From the NCBI GenBank assembly GCA_963663965.2, contig CAXXFK010000030.1, positions 160,001-224,000 of the forward strand: a DNA stretch of 64,000 nt, given 5' to 3'. The notes beneath the pieces were generated by a model. The model searched no databases. It was not told where the DNA came from and worked only from the letters and a program-made list of their open reading frames with translations. Source of the stretch: Sedimentisphaerales bacterium. GTDB lineage: Bacteria; Planctomycetota; Phycisphaerae; Sedimentisphaerales; SM23-30. This document shows positions 10,583-22,461 of the stretch, one piece after another (the stretch's first letter is position 1; every line of letters begins with the position of its first letter). The position numbers and the translations under genes were made by a program.

Positions 10583-13500
10583 ATGAAACAGATATTCGCC
10601 ATAGTAATAACGATCCTGGTATTGGGTACGGGAGTCTGGGCTGCCGGCGGGAATTTCGGGGGTGGTGACGGCACTTATCAGAATCCATTTCTGATTGAAG
10701 ATGGCGCTGATTTGCAGGCGGTGAACGGCGATCTGAAGCGGTGCTATAAACTGGTTCATGATATCGATCTGGCGGGTCAGGTGTTTACCCATTCAGTCAT
10801 TGCACCCACATTGATTGACAAACCAACTTTGAAGTTTCAGGGGATACTGGATGGTAACGGCCACACCATAAACAATTTAACCATAAAGAGCCATGATGAG
10901 CTCGGCGAGACCGGCCTTATCGGGTCTGCTAGAAATCTGTCTTTCTGGCCCTGTGAGATCAAAAATCTGACTTTGGCCAATGTTCACATAGAGGGCGGAC
11001 AAGCCTGGGCGACAGGGGCCCTGGTGGGAGATGGCACTTCGTTTGTGATGACTAATTGCCATGTCATCGGGGGCAGTGTTGTGGGGCAGTCTTCTAGTTA
11101 TTACTATTTAAGCCAGCATCTTGTTGGCGGCCTGGTTGGCAATATAGCCATGTGTGAGATCGATCGATGTTCCACTCGTGGCGTTACCGTTTCTGCCACA
11201 AGCCAGGAAAATAATTGCGGCGGTTTGCTGGGCGGCATGTGGTGGAGCGGGGGTTTAATTAAGCAGTGTTATACGGTGGATGGCAGCGTCAGCGGAGGCA
11301 TTAACAATGGCGGATTGGTGGGCCTGGTGCAGGGATCGGATGCCCATTCAGCCAATATTTATGACTGTTACAGTACCTCAACGGTTAATGGAAACATTAG
11401 TGGCGGATTGATTGGCACTCGTTACCATTCCACTAAGGATGATGAGGCCGGACCTTATTTAAGACGCTCCTACAGTACCGGGTCGGTTAGCGGTACCGGT
11501 CATGTGGGAGGTTTAATCGGTTACAATACCTGGCTTTCCGGGCGTGTTTCAAATTGTTTCTGGAATGTCACGACAAGCGGCGTTGCGATAGGATGCGGTA
11601 TTAATCCGGACATTAATATCGTTGGCATTGACAATGCCCAGATGGAAAAACAGAGTACGTATAGTGGGTGGGATTTTACCAATGTCTGGAAGATGGATAA
11701 CAGCGGTTATTATGCCCGGCCCATGCTGCGGAACAATGCCGAACCGGATTATTTTGAGGTCCGTGTTTCTTCGGGCGAAAATGGCAGCGTCAGTCCCGCG
11801 GGGGTGAACTGGTATATCACGGGATCTGAGCTGATATTGGTAGCGAGTGAATATTATGGATTTTGCGTGGATAAATGGTATGTGAATGGGACGGTCGCGC
11901 AGGTAGGCGGAATAACTTACGATGCCGGGCCCGTGTTAGCTGACATGGCCATTGAGGTAACATTTAAAGCGGTGGGGCCAAGCTGTACGGTGACGATCAC
12001 ACAAGGCGCCCATGGCAATGTTGTGCCCTGGCCCGAGGTCAGGGTGATTCAGCAGGGAGATGAATTGACCATCTATGCCCAGCCGCATAACGGCTATCAG
12101 GTGGATTCCTGGCAGCTCAACGGGTCGGTATACCAGTATGGATCCAATTCGTTCACCCTGTACGACACGCGAACCCATGTCAGCAGTTTAAGCGTGCATG
12201 TGACCTTTAAGCCGGTCCTGTTTACGGTCCATGTCGAGCCCGGCATCCCGACGGGCAATGGAGATATGCGGATTGGTCATCATGGTACAACCAGCCACGA
12301 TGGCTATCAACAGATTCAAGCGGGCTCTTCATTAACCATAACGGCTTATCCCGATCCGGGATATCAGGTGAGCGCCTGGCAGGTCAACGGCGTTCTGTGC
12401 GGCCAGGGATTGGCAAGCTATGAGATCGATGCCGTGACAGATCATCTGGCTATTGGCGTTCTGTTTACCCATCTGGCTTTTGCTCAGGGAACCGGCACGG
12501 CTTATGATCCCTATCGGGTTTATGATGTGGCCACGCTCAATGCGGTGGATGATGATCGGGCGGCGCACTATATCCTGATAAACGATATCGATCTGTCCGG
12601 CCAGCCGGACTATGAAGATGCCGTTATCGGCAAGGGTCCGGCCACTCCGTTCCTGGGGGTTTTTGATGGGAATCACCGGGAAATCACCGGACTTGCCATC
12701 AACGGCCACAACGATTATCTGGGCCTGTTTGGTTGTCTCTCGGCCGGTAACGGCTTGCAGGGCCAGATTAAACATCTTACCCTGGCCGGTGTGACCGTTT
12801 GTGGCGATGGCACGACGATAGGCGGGTTGTGCGGACTCAATCAATCCGGGCTCATCGAGAAATGCCGGGTGACGGATGCGGATATTCATGGCGATCAGCG
12901 CGTCGGGGGTTTATGCGGATACAATACCGGGACCATTCGATACGCTTGCGCGGAAGGAACGGTCGCAGGCCGCTACCGGGTGGGGCTGCTGACGGGCAAT
13001 TGCTATTTGGGGACCATTGTCGACTGCTATGCCATCGGCGCAATCAGCATGGAGGGTGAGGCTTCCTCCGGTGGCGGGGTCTCCGGGGATAATAACCAGG
13101 CGACGATCTCCAACTGCTACGCCAGTTGTACTATTTTTGGGTCCGGCCAGAAACTGGGCAGTTTTGTCGGCTGGAGCCAGAACAGCGGCTATACCGGCTG
13201 CGTGACCAACCGGCAGACCTATGACACTGCGATTGGCGGTTCTGGCGGCGGCGATACGGGCACGATTGCGGGTTGGGGTCAGTCTCAGATGCAGACCCTG
13301 GAGACCTGGGCGACTATCAACTGGGATTTTGTGGGCAACCCTGCCGATGGCGCCGAAGATATCTGGCGGCTGTGCCGGGATGGTGTGGATTTTCCACGGT
13401 TGTGGTGGCAGTTTGGACCGGGAGATATTGTCTGCAAGGATGGGGTGGATTTGGCGGATTTTGCCGAACTGAGCCGAAACTGGCTGACCATTCAAACGGT

Positions 13501-13591
13501 CTCCGGTTTTTACGATAATGCAGATATTAATTACGACGGGATTATCGATAGTTCTGATCTATTGATTATGTCCGATTTCTGGTTGAAATGA
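10583..13591 (+). CDS. Secreted GLUG-motif protein with internal beta-repeat domains and C-terminal dockerin-like domain
   Basis: Signal peptide, GGGDGT..NPFLI, many GGL(V/I)G repeats, three PxPGYxVxxW repeats, C-terminal DGVDLADFAELSRNWL...DINYDGIIDSSDL. Confidence 0.85.
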   Translation: MKQIFAIVITILVLGTGVWAAGGNFGGGDGTYQNPFLIEDGADLQAVNGDLKRCYKLVHDIDLAGQVFTHSVIAPTLIDKPTLKFQGILDGNGHTINNLTIKSHDELGETGLIGSARNLSFWPCEIKNLTLANVHIEGGQAWATGALVGDGTSFVMTNCHVIGGSVVGQSSSYYYLSQHLVGGLVGNIAMCEIDRCSTRGVTVSATSQENNCGGLLGGMWWSGGLIKQCYTVDGSVSGGINNGGLVGLVQGSDAHSANIYDCYSTSTVNGNISGGLIGTRYHSTKDDEAGPYLRRSYSTGSVSGTGHVGGLIGYNTWLSGRVSNCFWNVTTSGVAIGCGINPDINIVGIDNAQMEKQSTYSGWDFTNVWKMDNSGYYARPMLRNNAEPDYFEVRVSSGENGSVSPAGVNWYITGSELILVASEYYGFCVDKWYVNGTVAQVGGITYDAGPVLADMAIEVTFKAVGPSCTVTITQGAHGNVVPWPEVRVIQQGDELTIYAQPHNGYQVDSWQLNGSVYQYGSNSFTLYDTRTHVSSLSVHVTFKPVLFTVHVEPGIPTGNGDMRIGHHGTTSHDGYQQIQAGSSLTITAYPDPGYQVSAWQVNGVLCGQGLASYEIDAVTDHLAIGVLFTHLAFAQGTGTAYDPYRVYDVATLNAVDDDRAAHYILINDIDLSGQPDYEDAVIGKGPATPFLGVFDGNHREITGLAINGHNDYLGLFGCLSAGNGLQGQIKHLTLAGVTVCGDGTTIGGLCGLNQSGLIEKCRVTDADIHGDQRVGGLCGYNTGTIRYACAEGTVAGRYRVGLLTGNCYLGTIVDCYAIGAISMEGEASSGGGVSGDNNQATISNCYASCTIFGSGQKLGSFVGWSQNSGYTGCVTNRQTYDTAIGGSGGGDTGTIAGWGQSQMQTLETWATINWDFVGNPADGAEDIWRLCRDGVDFPRLWWQFGPGDIVCKDGVDLADFAELSRNWLTIQTVSGFYDNADINYDGIIDSSDLLIMSDFWLK

Positions 13592-13646
13592 TCAGTGGAA
13601 TATCGCTGCAACAGCGACTAACACCGTTGTTGGCAAATTATCTGCA

Positions 13647-14759
13647 TTAAATTTCTTCAACATGCAGTGTCTCGCTAAAATCCGCTTTAATCCATTGTAA
13701 CATTCCCAGATTCCGGATGGCAGAAGCGATGGCCTGTTTTTTTTCGGGCTGGTCCCAATGCTTCTTCCATTGCAGGATCTTATCATAGATTTCGTTTTCC
13801 GAGACCATAGGTTTTTCTTTTTTCAGTTTACGGATTACATAAAAAACTGTCGTAACTTCTTCGGCTTGTTCACTGTTTTTAATTCGCATGAACAGATCGG
13901 TTACTTTGTCAATTTTCGTTTTGTGCCGTTCAATAAAATTCAGGTGTTCATTATGAAAAATTTCATATGCCGGTCCTGTTTTTAACGCAGTCATTTTTCC
14001 CAACTGCTGTTCAAATACGATATTGTTGTTCGACAGAATTTTCAAAGCGGTTTTGATCTCCGCAGCGTAAGGGCCATAATTGCCTTGTTTGAAGTGAAAA
14101 CCAAGGTCAATATCTGTTTCATGTAAGACATAGCATATTTTTTGAAATGTCGTTCGGCCGACGGGCGCGGCGTAAGGTTGCCGTTCGAGATTATGCAATA
14201 CTTCAAGCGGGGCCGCCCATTCCGGTCTGATTTTTTCTAATTTTTTACCGACGATATTTTGTTTACTGGTTACATGCGATGTATCAAGAAAGGTTTCATT
14301 CAGAAATTTTTGAGGAGTCCCGTATGGCGCATAAATTTCAACCGGGATATCCAGTGGCGATAACGTTTGATACATGATTGGTCCAACAATTTCCCATTCC
14401 AATCCACCGTTTCCACATCCCAGAGGGGGAAAGGCAACCGATTCGATTTTCCAATTCTGATAATTTTTGACGAAAAATTCCAGCCCCTTTCTGATATCGT
14501 CCAGACGCGACATTGCCCGCCAATGGTCTTTGGTGGGGAAATTGATAATTGACGTCCCAAACATGTCCTGATAATGATAGGGCATGCCGGGCTTGACCTG
14601 GTGAGACTGACATCGTTTTGTGTAGTCGCCATACATTTCGGGATATTTTTTTTTGAATTCCTGCGCAATCCCTTTGCCCATAACACCGACGCAATTGACA
14701 GTATTTACCAGGGTTTGTGCCTTGCTTTCAAAAAGGTTTCCAATTAAAACTCTTATCAT
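13647..14759 (-). CDS. darG: DarG antitoxin (macrodomain DNA ADP-ribosylhydrolase)
   Basis: GNLFESKAQTLVNTVNCVGVMGKGIA, INFPTK, PPLGCGNGGL macrodomain motifs plus C-terminal YGPYA domain. Confidence 0.9.
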   Translation of the reverse strand: MIRVLIGNLFESKAQTLVNTVNCVGVMGKGIAQEFKKKYPEMYGDYTKRCQSHQVKPGMPYHYQDMFGTSIINFPTKDHWRAMSRLDDIRKGLEFFVKNYQNWKIESVAFPPLGCGNGGLEWEIVGPIMYQTLSPLDIPVEIYAPYGTPQKFLNETFLDTSHVTSKQNIVGKKLEKIRPEWAAPLEVLHNLERQPYAAPVGRTTFQKICYVLHETDIDLGFHFKQGNYGPYAAEIKTALKILSNNNIVFEQQLGKMTALKTGPAYEIFHNEHLNFIERHKTKIDKVTDLFMRIKNSEQAEEVTTVFYVIRKLKKEKPMVSENEIYDKILQWKKHWDQPEKKQAIASAIRNLGMLQWIKADFSETLHVEEI

Positions 14760-14774
14760 CGTTACACCAATAAG

Positions 14775-15365
14775 TTAAGCAAAAAACATCTTTGCGTTAA
14801 TTGTCACTGTTGGGCGGAATTCTGTTGCTTTCATTCTTTCCAGCGCAATTGAATTCGCGACATATGCCCCATCAATATACTCGACATCGATACTATTGGG
14901 AACAAGAACTTCTGCACATTTTATTGAGGCGTGACGCCAATGAGCAATTTGATCTTCAGGATGGTTCCAGTTTTCTGCAAAAACATCATCAAAATTAATA
15001 TGATGCAGTCCCTGGGGAGATTTATAAAAACGAACATAATTACTGGCGGCATTCTGGTCCGTTAATACAACATCCGGGAGAAGCAGTATCTGTCGATTGA
15101 CTCGCAAAACACAGAGTTGATCCTGACAGGCCTGTCTTTTGTACATCATGGGATTTCTGGCGCAAAAATAGAGATTGGCATATTGATGTAAAGCCAATCC
15201 CCCTGGAACTCTTTTGTTTTTTCGCCGGTCCTGCACATCTGGCAATGAAATATCGGTATGCGCAAGCGTTGATGCTTTTTCGTGTGACAGGATTCCGTAT
15301 TGCATAACCGAAGGAATGTTGCCTATGGGCATAATACAATATAATTCGGTTACCCTATGACTCAT
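14775..15365 (-). CDS. darT: DarT toxin (DUF4433 ssDNA ADP-ribosyltransferase)
   Basis: NIPSVMQYGILS, LHQYANLYFCARNPMMY, TDQNAAS, catalytic AEVLV; directly upstream of darG. Confidence 0.9.
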   Translation of the reverse strand: MSHRVTELYCIMPIGNIPSVMQYGILSHEKASTLAHTDISLPDVQDRRKNKRVPGGLALHQYANLYFCARNPMMYKRQACQDQLCVLRVNRQILLLPDVVLTDQNAASNYVRFYKSPQGLHHINFDDVFAENWNHPEDQIAHWRHASIKCAEVLVPNSIDVEYIDGAYVANSIALERMKATEFRPTVTINAKMFFA

Positions 15366-15604
15366 CGTTTTGCCCTATTACAATATTTGGTCCCGGAGGT
15401 TCATAAAATCCTGACAGATTGCTGTCCAAATAAAATTTTACTGATGCTGTAGTTGGAGTCAATTATTATTTTGTATAAACGTAACGTTTTTGATAACAAG
15501 TGGTTATAGGCAATAGGGCGAACGGTTTGAAATCTATTTGCCTGGGTAAGGAATTTGGTTCATACTTGATATAGCCCTGTTTTGGTTCAAACGATAGAGG
15601 TATT

Positions 15605-15706
15605 ATGAAACATACGCATCATATATCGGTCAATGAGGTGGTGGAAGCGTTACTGATGCTGCTGGCGTTGATTTTTGTGATCTGGTTGCATTTTAAAGTA
15701 CAATAA
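15605..15706 (+). CDS. Putative 33-aa single-TM small protein
   Basis: AGAGG RBS, MKHTHHISVNEVVEALLMLLALIFVIWLHFKVQ*; below the ORF-track cutoff. Confidence 0.45.
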   Translation: MKHTHHISVNEVVEALLMLLALIFVIWLHFKVQ

Positions 15707-15739
15707 TGCGGTTTAGGGAACAGGCGTAAGCCAGCCGGT

Positions 15740-16342
15740 TCAGGTTGAGGGCGGCAGCAGCACGTTACGTACTCCGTCCATGACGATCTGGGCGGCCATG
15801 GCGCTGAGGATGAGTCCGAAGAGCTTGTTAATCACCTGCATACCGCGGCGCCCGAGGATTCGTTCGACCCAATCGCAGAAAAAGAGCAGGAAGAACATAA
15901 GGGTGATGACGCAAAAGAGCGCCGCGAGGGTGGAGATGCGCAGGGACCAATCCTGGACGTCGGCGCTGATCACCATGAGGTAACCGATGGTGCCGGGGCC
16001 GACGGTGATGGGGATGGCGAAGGGAACAATGGCAAAGTCATCGCCCGGTTTGGGTTTTTGAAAGAAATCGATGCCGCGAATAATAGAAATGGCGGTTAGG
16101 AACAGTACGACCCCGGTACCGATCCGGAAGGCGTCGAGGGTGATTCCCAGACCGCGTAACAGATGGCGGCCGGTGAGGTAGATCATCAGGGTGATGGCGA
16201 TAATCGCAATGGTGGCGCGGACGGCGGCTTTGCGGCGTTCGGCGGCAGTTAATTCACTGGTGCTGGCCAGGAAGACCGAGGCGCTGCCAAAGGGTGATAA
16301 CAGGGCAAACAACTGAATGAGGGTATTGATGAAAAATGCCAT
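15740..16342 (-). CDS. MarC family membrane protein
   Basis: LGITLDAFRIGTGVVLF, AIVPFAIPITVGPGTI motifs; 6 TM. Confidence 0.9.
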   Translation of the reverse strand: MAFFINTLIQLFALLSPFGSASVFLASTSELTAAERRKAAVRATIAIIAITLMIYLTGRHLLRGLGITLDAFRIGTGVVLFLTAISIIRGIDFFQKPKPGDDFAIVPFAIPITVGPGTIGYLMVISADVQDWSLRISTLAALFCVITLMFFLLFFCDWVERILGRRGMQVINKLFGLILSAMAAQIVMDGVRNVLLPPST

Positions 16343-16409
16343 CGGGATTCTCGGTTTTTCAATAGACTATATTTCAGGGAGGTCTTCCGCGTGATTTTCG
16401 GGAGTCCCT

Positions 16410-19052
16410 TTAACGGTTTTCCAATTCTTTTTTGATTTCATGCAGGAGGTTGATTGCCTGCATGGGGGTCAGATTGTTCAGGTCGACGGTTCTGAGTTTG
16501 TCCAGAATGGGATCGGGCGGGCTCAGATCGAAGAGCAGCATCTGGCCGTCTTCGTTGCGGTGTTTTTCGAGTTTGCCGCCGATGCGCCGGGTGTGGGCTT
16601 CACGGGAGAAGTTACTTTCCAGTTCGTCGAGGATTTCGTTGGCGCGCCGGATGACCTCGCGCGGGATACCGGCCAGGCGGGCGACGTGGATGCCGTAGCT
16701 TTTGTCGGTGCGGCCTTCGATGATTTTGTGCAGAAAGACGACTTCATCTTTCCATTCCCGCACGGAGACGTTGTAGTTTTTGACGTTATCGAGCAGGTCG
16801 GCCAGTTCGGTGATTTCGTGGTAATGGGTGGCGAACAGGGTGCGGCAGCGGATGCGGGTGGCGATGTGTTCGGTGATGGCCCAGGCCAGCGAGAGGCCGT
16901 CGTAGGTGCTGGTACCGCGGCCGACCTCATCCAGAATCACGAGCGAGCGGTCGGTGGCGTTGTTGACAATATTGGCGGTTTCGATCATTTCGACCATGAA
17001 GGTGGACTGGCCGCGGGTCAGTTCGTCACTGGCGCCCACCCGGGTGAAGATGCGGTCCACCAGGCCGATATGAGCACTCCTGGCGGGGATATAGCTGCCC
17101 ATGTGGGCCATGAGCGCCAGGAGCGCGGTCTGGCGGATATAGGTGCTTTTGCCGGCCATGTTGGGGCCGGTGATCACAGCGAGATCGCCGGAGGTCCGGC
17201 CCAGCGCGACATCGTTGGGAACAAACTGACTGCCCAGGCTGACATCCAGAACGGGATGGCGGCCTTCGCGGATATCCATATCGCGTTCGTGATGGATTTC
17301 GGGCCGGCAGTAATTGCGATGGCGGGCGATATGGGCCAGTCCGGCCAGGACGTCAACGGTGGCGACGGCTTCGGCGACCTGCTGGAGGCGGAGGGTATGG
17401 CCGGCCGCTTCGCGCCGGACTTCATTGAAAAGCTGTTCTTCCAGATCTTTGCAACGTTGTTCGGCGGTGAGGGCTTCGCTTTCGTAGCGTTTGAGTTCGT
17501 CGGTGATGTAGCGTTCGGCGTTTTTGAGGGTTTGTTTGCGGACGAAGCCGGGCGGGAGTTTTTCGCTGTGCAGATGGGAGACTTCGACATAGTAGCCAAA
17601 CACACGGTTGAAGCCCACCTTGAGCATGTTGATGCCGGTCTCTTCAATGAGTTTTTTCTGATAGGAGGCCAACCAGGCCTGGCCATCCTGTGACAGGTTG
17701 CGCAGGCGATCGATTTCGGCGTGATAGCCGGTGCGGATAATGCCGCCATCACGGATCGACAGTCCGGCTTCGGGCGAGATGGCCGAATCGATCAGTTGGG
17801 TCAGTTTTTCCATGGGGTCGCAACGCTCGGTTAATTGCGTCAGCATGGGGGAGGCGCATTCTTTGAGGATGTCGCGGAGGCGGGGAATCTGCGAGAGCGC
17901 CTGATGCAGTCCGAGCAGGTCGCGCGGGACGGCGCGGCCGGTGCTGATCCGGGTGGCGATGCGTTCGATATCGGTGATCTCTTTCAGGGCGTCGCGCAAC
18001 TGGTCACGCAGGGCGTCCATCTGCACCAGTTCGGCGACGGCATCCTGACGTTTCTGGATGGGTTCCAACTGGCAGAGAGGATAGCACACCCACAGGCGGA
18101 GCTTGCGCGCGCCCATGGAGGTGCGGGTCTGATCCAGCGCGCCCAGCAGGGAGCCGTGGATGGAGCCATCGCGGATGGTGCGTTCGACTTCGAGGCTGCG
18201 CAGGGTGGCCTGATCGAGCTGAAGGAAGGTTTCGCGGCCGACTTTGCGGAGGGTTCCGATATGGTCCAGGGCGACTTTTTGAGTTTCGGTGAGGTAGTCT
18301 AAAATGACACCGGCAGCCGCCAGGGAGAGGTCGGGTTTGGTGAAACCGAATCCTTCGAGGCTGGCAACGCCGAAATGTTTTTTCAGGGTTTCGTGGCCCT
18401 GGTGGGTGTCGAAGCCCCAGCCGGGGCGGTGGGTCAGCACACAACCGGCGAGATCTCGTATTTCGTGCGTGAATTTGCGCTGGTCCGCGTCCAGGTCATC
18501 GCTGACCAGGCATTCGGCCGGCCGGACGCGGGCCAGTTCATCGAGGACAAAACGGCGTTCCATGACCTGGGCATAAAACGCGCCGGTGGATAATTCGATC
18601 CAGGCCAGTCCGGCGGGAGCGTTCAGATCGGTTTTGTTGCCGAGGCAGAGCGCGGCCAGGTAGTTGCCTTTGGATTCTTCCAGCAGTGAATCTTCGGTGA
18701 GAGTACCGGGGGTGATCAGACGCACCACATCGCGTTTGACGATGCCTTTGGCCTGGGCGGGGTCTTCCACCTGTTCGCAGATCGCGACTTTATGGCCGGC
18801 GCGCACCAGTTTGCCCAGATAGTTATCGAGCGCGTGGTAGGGGATACCGGCCAGCGGGATGGGATTGTCGCTTTTGCTGTTGCGGCTGGTGAGCGCGATG
18901 CCCAGCACCCGGGCGCAGACCTGGGCGTCGTCGTAGAAGGTTTCGTAGAAATCGCCCATGCGAAATAACAGGACCGCCTCGGGATACTGCGACTTGAAGT
19001 GCATGTACTGCCGCATGGCGGGAGTCAGGTTTTGCGTGTCGATGTCTGTCAT
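16410..19052 (-). CDS. mutS: DNA mismatch repair protein MutS
   Basis: TPAMRQY, FRMGDFYE, GPNMAGKST, STFMVEM, SYGIHVA. Confidence 0.98.
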   Translation of the reverse strand: MTDIDTQNLTPAMRQYMHFKSQYPEAVLLFRMGDFYETFYDDAQVCARVLGIALTSRNSKSDNPIPLAGIPYHALDNYLGKLVRAGHKVAICEQVEDPAQAKGIVKRDVVRLITPGTLTEDSLLEESKGNYLAALCLGNKTDLNAPAGLAWIELSTGAFYAQVMERRFVLDELARVRPAECLVSDDLDADQRKFTHEIRDLAGCVLTHRPGWGFDTHQGHETLKKHFGVASLEGFGFTKPDLSLAAAGVILDYLTETQKVALDHIGTLRKVGRETFLQLDQATLRSLEVERTIRDGSIHGSLLGALDQTRTSMGARKLRLWVCYPLCQLEPIQKRQDAVAELVQMDALRDQLRDALKEITDIERIATRISTGRAVPRDLLGLHQALSQIPRLRDILKECASPMLTQLTERCDPMEKLTQLIDSAISPEAGLSIRDGGIIRTGYHAEIDRLRNLSQDGQAWLASYQKKLIEETGINMLKVGFNRVFGYYVEVSHLHSEKLPPGFVRKQTLKNAERYITDELKRYESEALTAEQRCKDLEEQLFNEVRREAAGHTLRLQQVAEAVATVDVLAGLAHIARHRNYCRPEIHHERDMDIREGRHPVLDVSLGSQFVPNDVALGRTSGDLAVITGPNMAGKSTYIRQTALLALMAHMGSYIPARSAHIGLVDRIFTRVGASDELTRGQSTFMVEMIETANIVNNATDRSLVILDEVGRGTSTYDGLSLAWAITEHIATRIRCRTLFATHYHEITELADLLDNVKNYNVSVREWKDEVVFLHKIIEGRTDKSYGIHVARLAGIPREVIRRANEILDELESNFSREAHTRRIGGKLEKHRNEDGQMLLFDLSPPDPILDKLRTVDLNNLTPMQAINLLHEIKKELENR

Positions 19053-19127
19053 ATTGATCGCGTGAATTCAGGTTATTTATTGACGAAAGCCCTAGTGTCC
19101 CGGATATGGCGCGGGATGTCAAGGGTA

Positions 19128-20267
19128 TCAACCGCCCAGGGTGCCGAGCATTTTATAGAGGATAATAATGGCGGTATAGGCATCGCGGGCTTCCAGGGCG
19201 GCGGTCAGGATATTCTGCTGGCGCTCAGTAAAGACCAGGGGGGCGGCCGGATCAAAGTGGTCGAAGCCCAGACGGGTTCGGATGGTCTTTTTCAAAGTGT
19301 CGATACCGGCGGTGGTATGAACCGAGAGCGCCAGGTGACGGAAGTCATTTTTTGATGGATCGATTAAATCCGATTTGGTGACCAGTTGGATTACGGGTTT
19401 ATCCTGGGGGATCCATTGTAATTGATAATCGAAGGTGGATTCATCATAGTCGTTGGCCGGCGCCATGAGCAAGATCAATTGGGCCTGCTGTAATTGCTGA
19501 CCGGCATGGCGGAGCGCCTGGGTTTCCAGGTCATCGCCGGTTTCACGCCGACCGGCGGTATCGACCAGAATGGCCGGTATGCCTTCGATATCTGCGTGAT
19601 GTTCGGTCCAGTCGCGGGTAGTGCCGGCCAGGTCGGAAACCAGGCTTTGCGGCCGGCCGCAGAGGTAATTGGCCAGAGTACTTTTGCCGGCGTTGGGCGG
19701 ACCGGCTAATGCGATCCGGGGAGGGGTCAGCAGGCGATGGCCCAAGGGCCGGGTGGTCAGGACCTTTCTGATCTGATCGTGGAGTTGCTCTATGGTCCAG
19801 CTGTCATTTTGAATGTGTTCGATGGCTTGCGAGCACCAGCGGGTGAGGCCATCGGGATATTGCGCGGCCAGCGCCAGGGCGGCCAGGGCCGTACGGGTTT
19901 CGGGCAGGTGGCGCTGGATCTCCTGTTCGATGGTCTTGCCTTCGATCAGGTCGCGCCAGTGGCAGATTTCGGCTTCGTGGCGTTGCAGCAGCATAAAGAC
20001 GCGCTGAACGATGCGGGTTCCGCCGTGGCAATTGATATCCACCCAGGGGCCGGAGGGATTATGCGCGATTACGACCTGATCGATATGGTCCGGGCCGTCG
20101 TGTATGATTCCGAACCGAAGCCGGTTGTCTTGAATAGTGTTGGCGTCCAGGGGGTGGCGGGTTTGAAAGACACGGTTGATCAGGCCGGGCAGGTTGTCAC
20201 CGGTGACCCTTACGACGGCGATCCCGCCCGTTCCCGCAGGGGTAATAAGCGCCGCACGCCGTTTCAC
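19128..20267 (-). CDS. Short MnmE/TrmE-like GTPase
   Basis: TPAGTGGIAVVR, NCHGG, GPPNAGKS, GTTRD, DTAG; shortened helical domain and no C-terminal FC(I/V)GK. Confidence 0.8.
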   Translation of the reverse strand: MKRRAALITPAGTGGIAVVRVTGDNLPGLINRVFQTRHPLDANTIQDNRLRFGIIHDGPDHIDQVVIAHNPSGPWVDINCHGGTRIVQRVFMLLQRHEAEICHWRDLIEGKTIEQEIQRHLPETRTALAALALAAQYPDGLTRWCSQAIEHIQNDSWTIEQLHDQIRKVLTTRPLGHRLLTPPRIALAGPPNAGKSTLANYLCGRPQSLVSDLAGTTRDWTEHHADIEGIPAILVDTAGRRETGDDLETQALRHAGQQLQQAQLILLMAPANDYDESTFDYQLQWIPQDKPVIQLVTKSDLIDPSKNDFRHLALSVHTTAGIDTLKKTIRTRLGFDHFDPAAPLVFTERQQNILTAALEARDAYTAIIILYKMLGTLGG

Positions 20268-20269
20268 GA

Positions 20270-22145
<1,876 letters not shown>

Positions 22146-22174
22146 TTATTTCGTTCGTGTGAAACCAGGAAAGA

Positions 22175-22411
22175 TCAGGCCTGGACACTCACCTTTCGGC
22201 CCTGGAAAATAACCCGGCCATCGGTCATGGCATAGATGGTGAAATCACGGCCCATACCGACGTTTTTGCCGGGATGGAATTTGGTGCCGCATTGACGCAC
22301 GATGATCGAGCCGGTTGTGACGGCCTGGCCGCCGTAAGCTTTAACGCCGCGATACTGCGGATTACTGTCGCGTCCGTTACGAGAAGAACCTTGTCCTTTT
22401 TTATGTGCCAT
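22175..22411 (-). CDS. rpmA: 50S ribosomal protein L27
   Basis: [16 protein letters not shown]...[13 protein letters not shown]. Confidence 0.99.
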   Translation of the reverse strand: MAHKKGQGSSRNGRDSNPQYRGVKAYGGQAVTTGSIIVRQCGTKFHPGKNVGMGRDFTIYAMTDGRVIFQGRKVSVQA

Positions 22412-22461
22412 AGCTGAATCCTGATAGTCTTATGTTATTTAATTTCTTGTTAATACTAAGG

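Noticed and set aside
16440..17693. Long + strand ORF (417 aa) and similar antisense ORFs (6048-6899, 7801-8685, 29704-30582)
   Set aside because: Shadow or alternative frames of well-supported GC-rich genes
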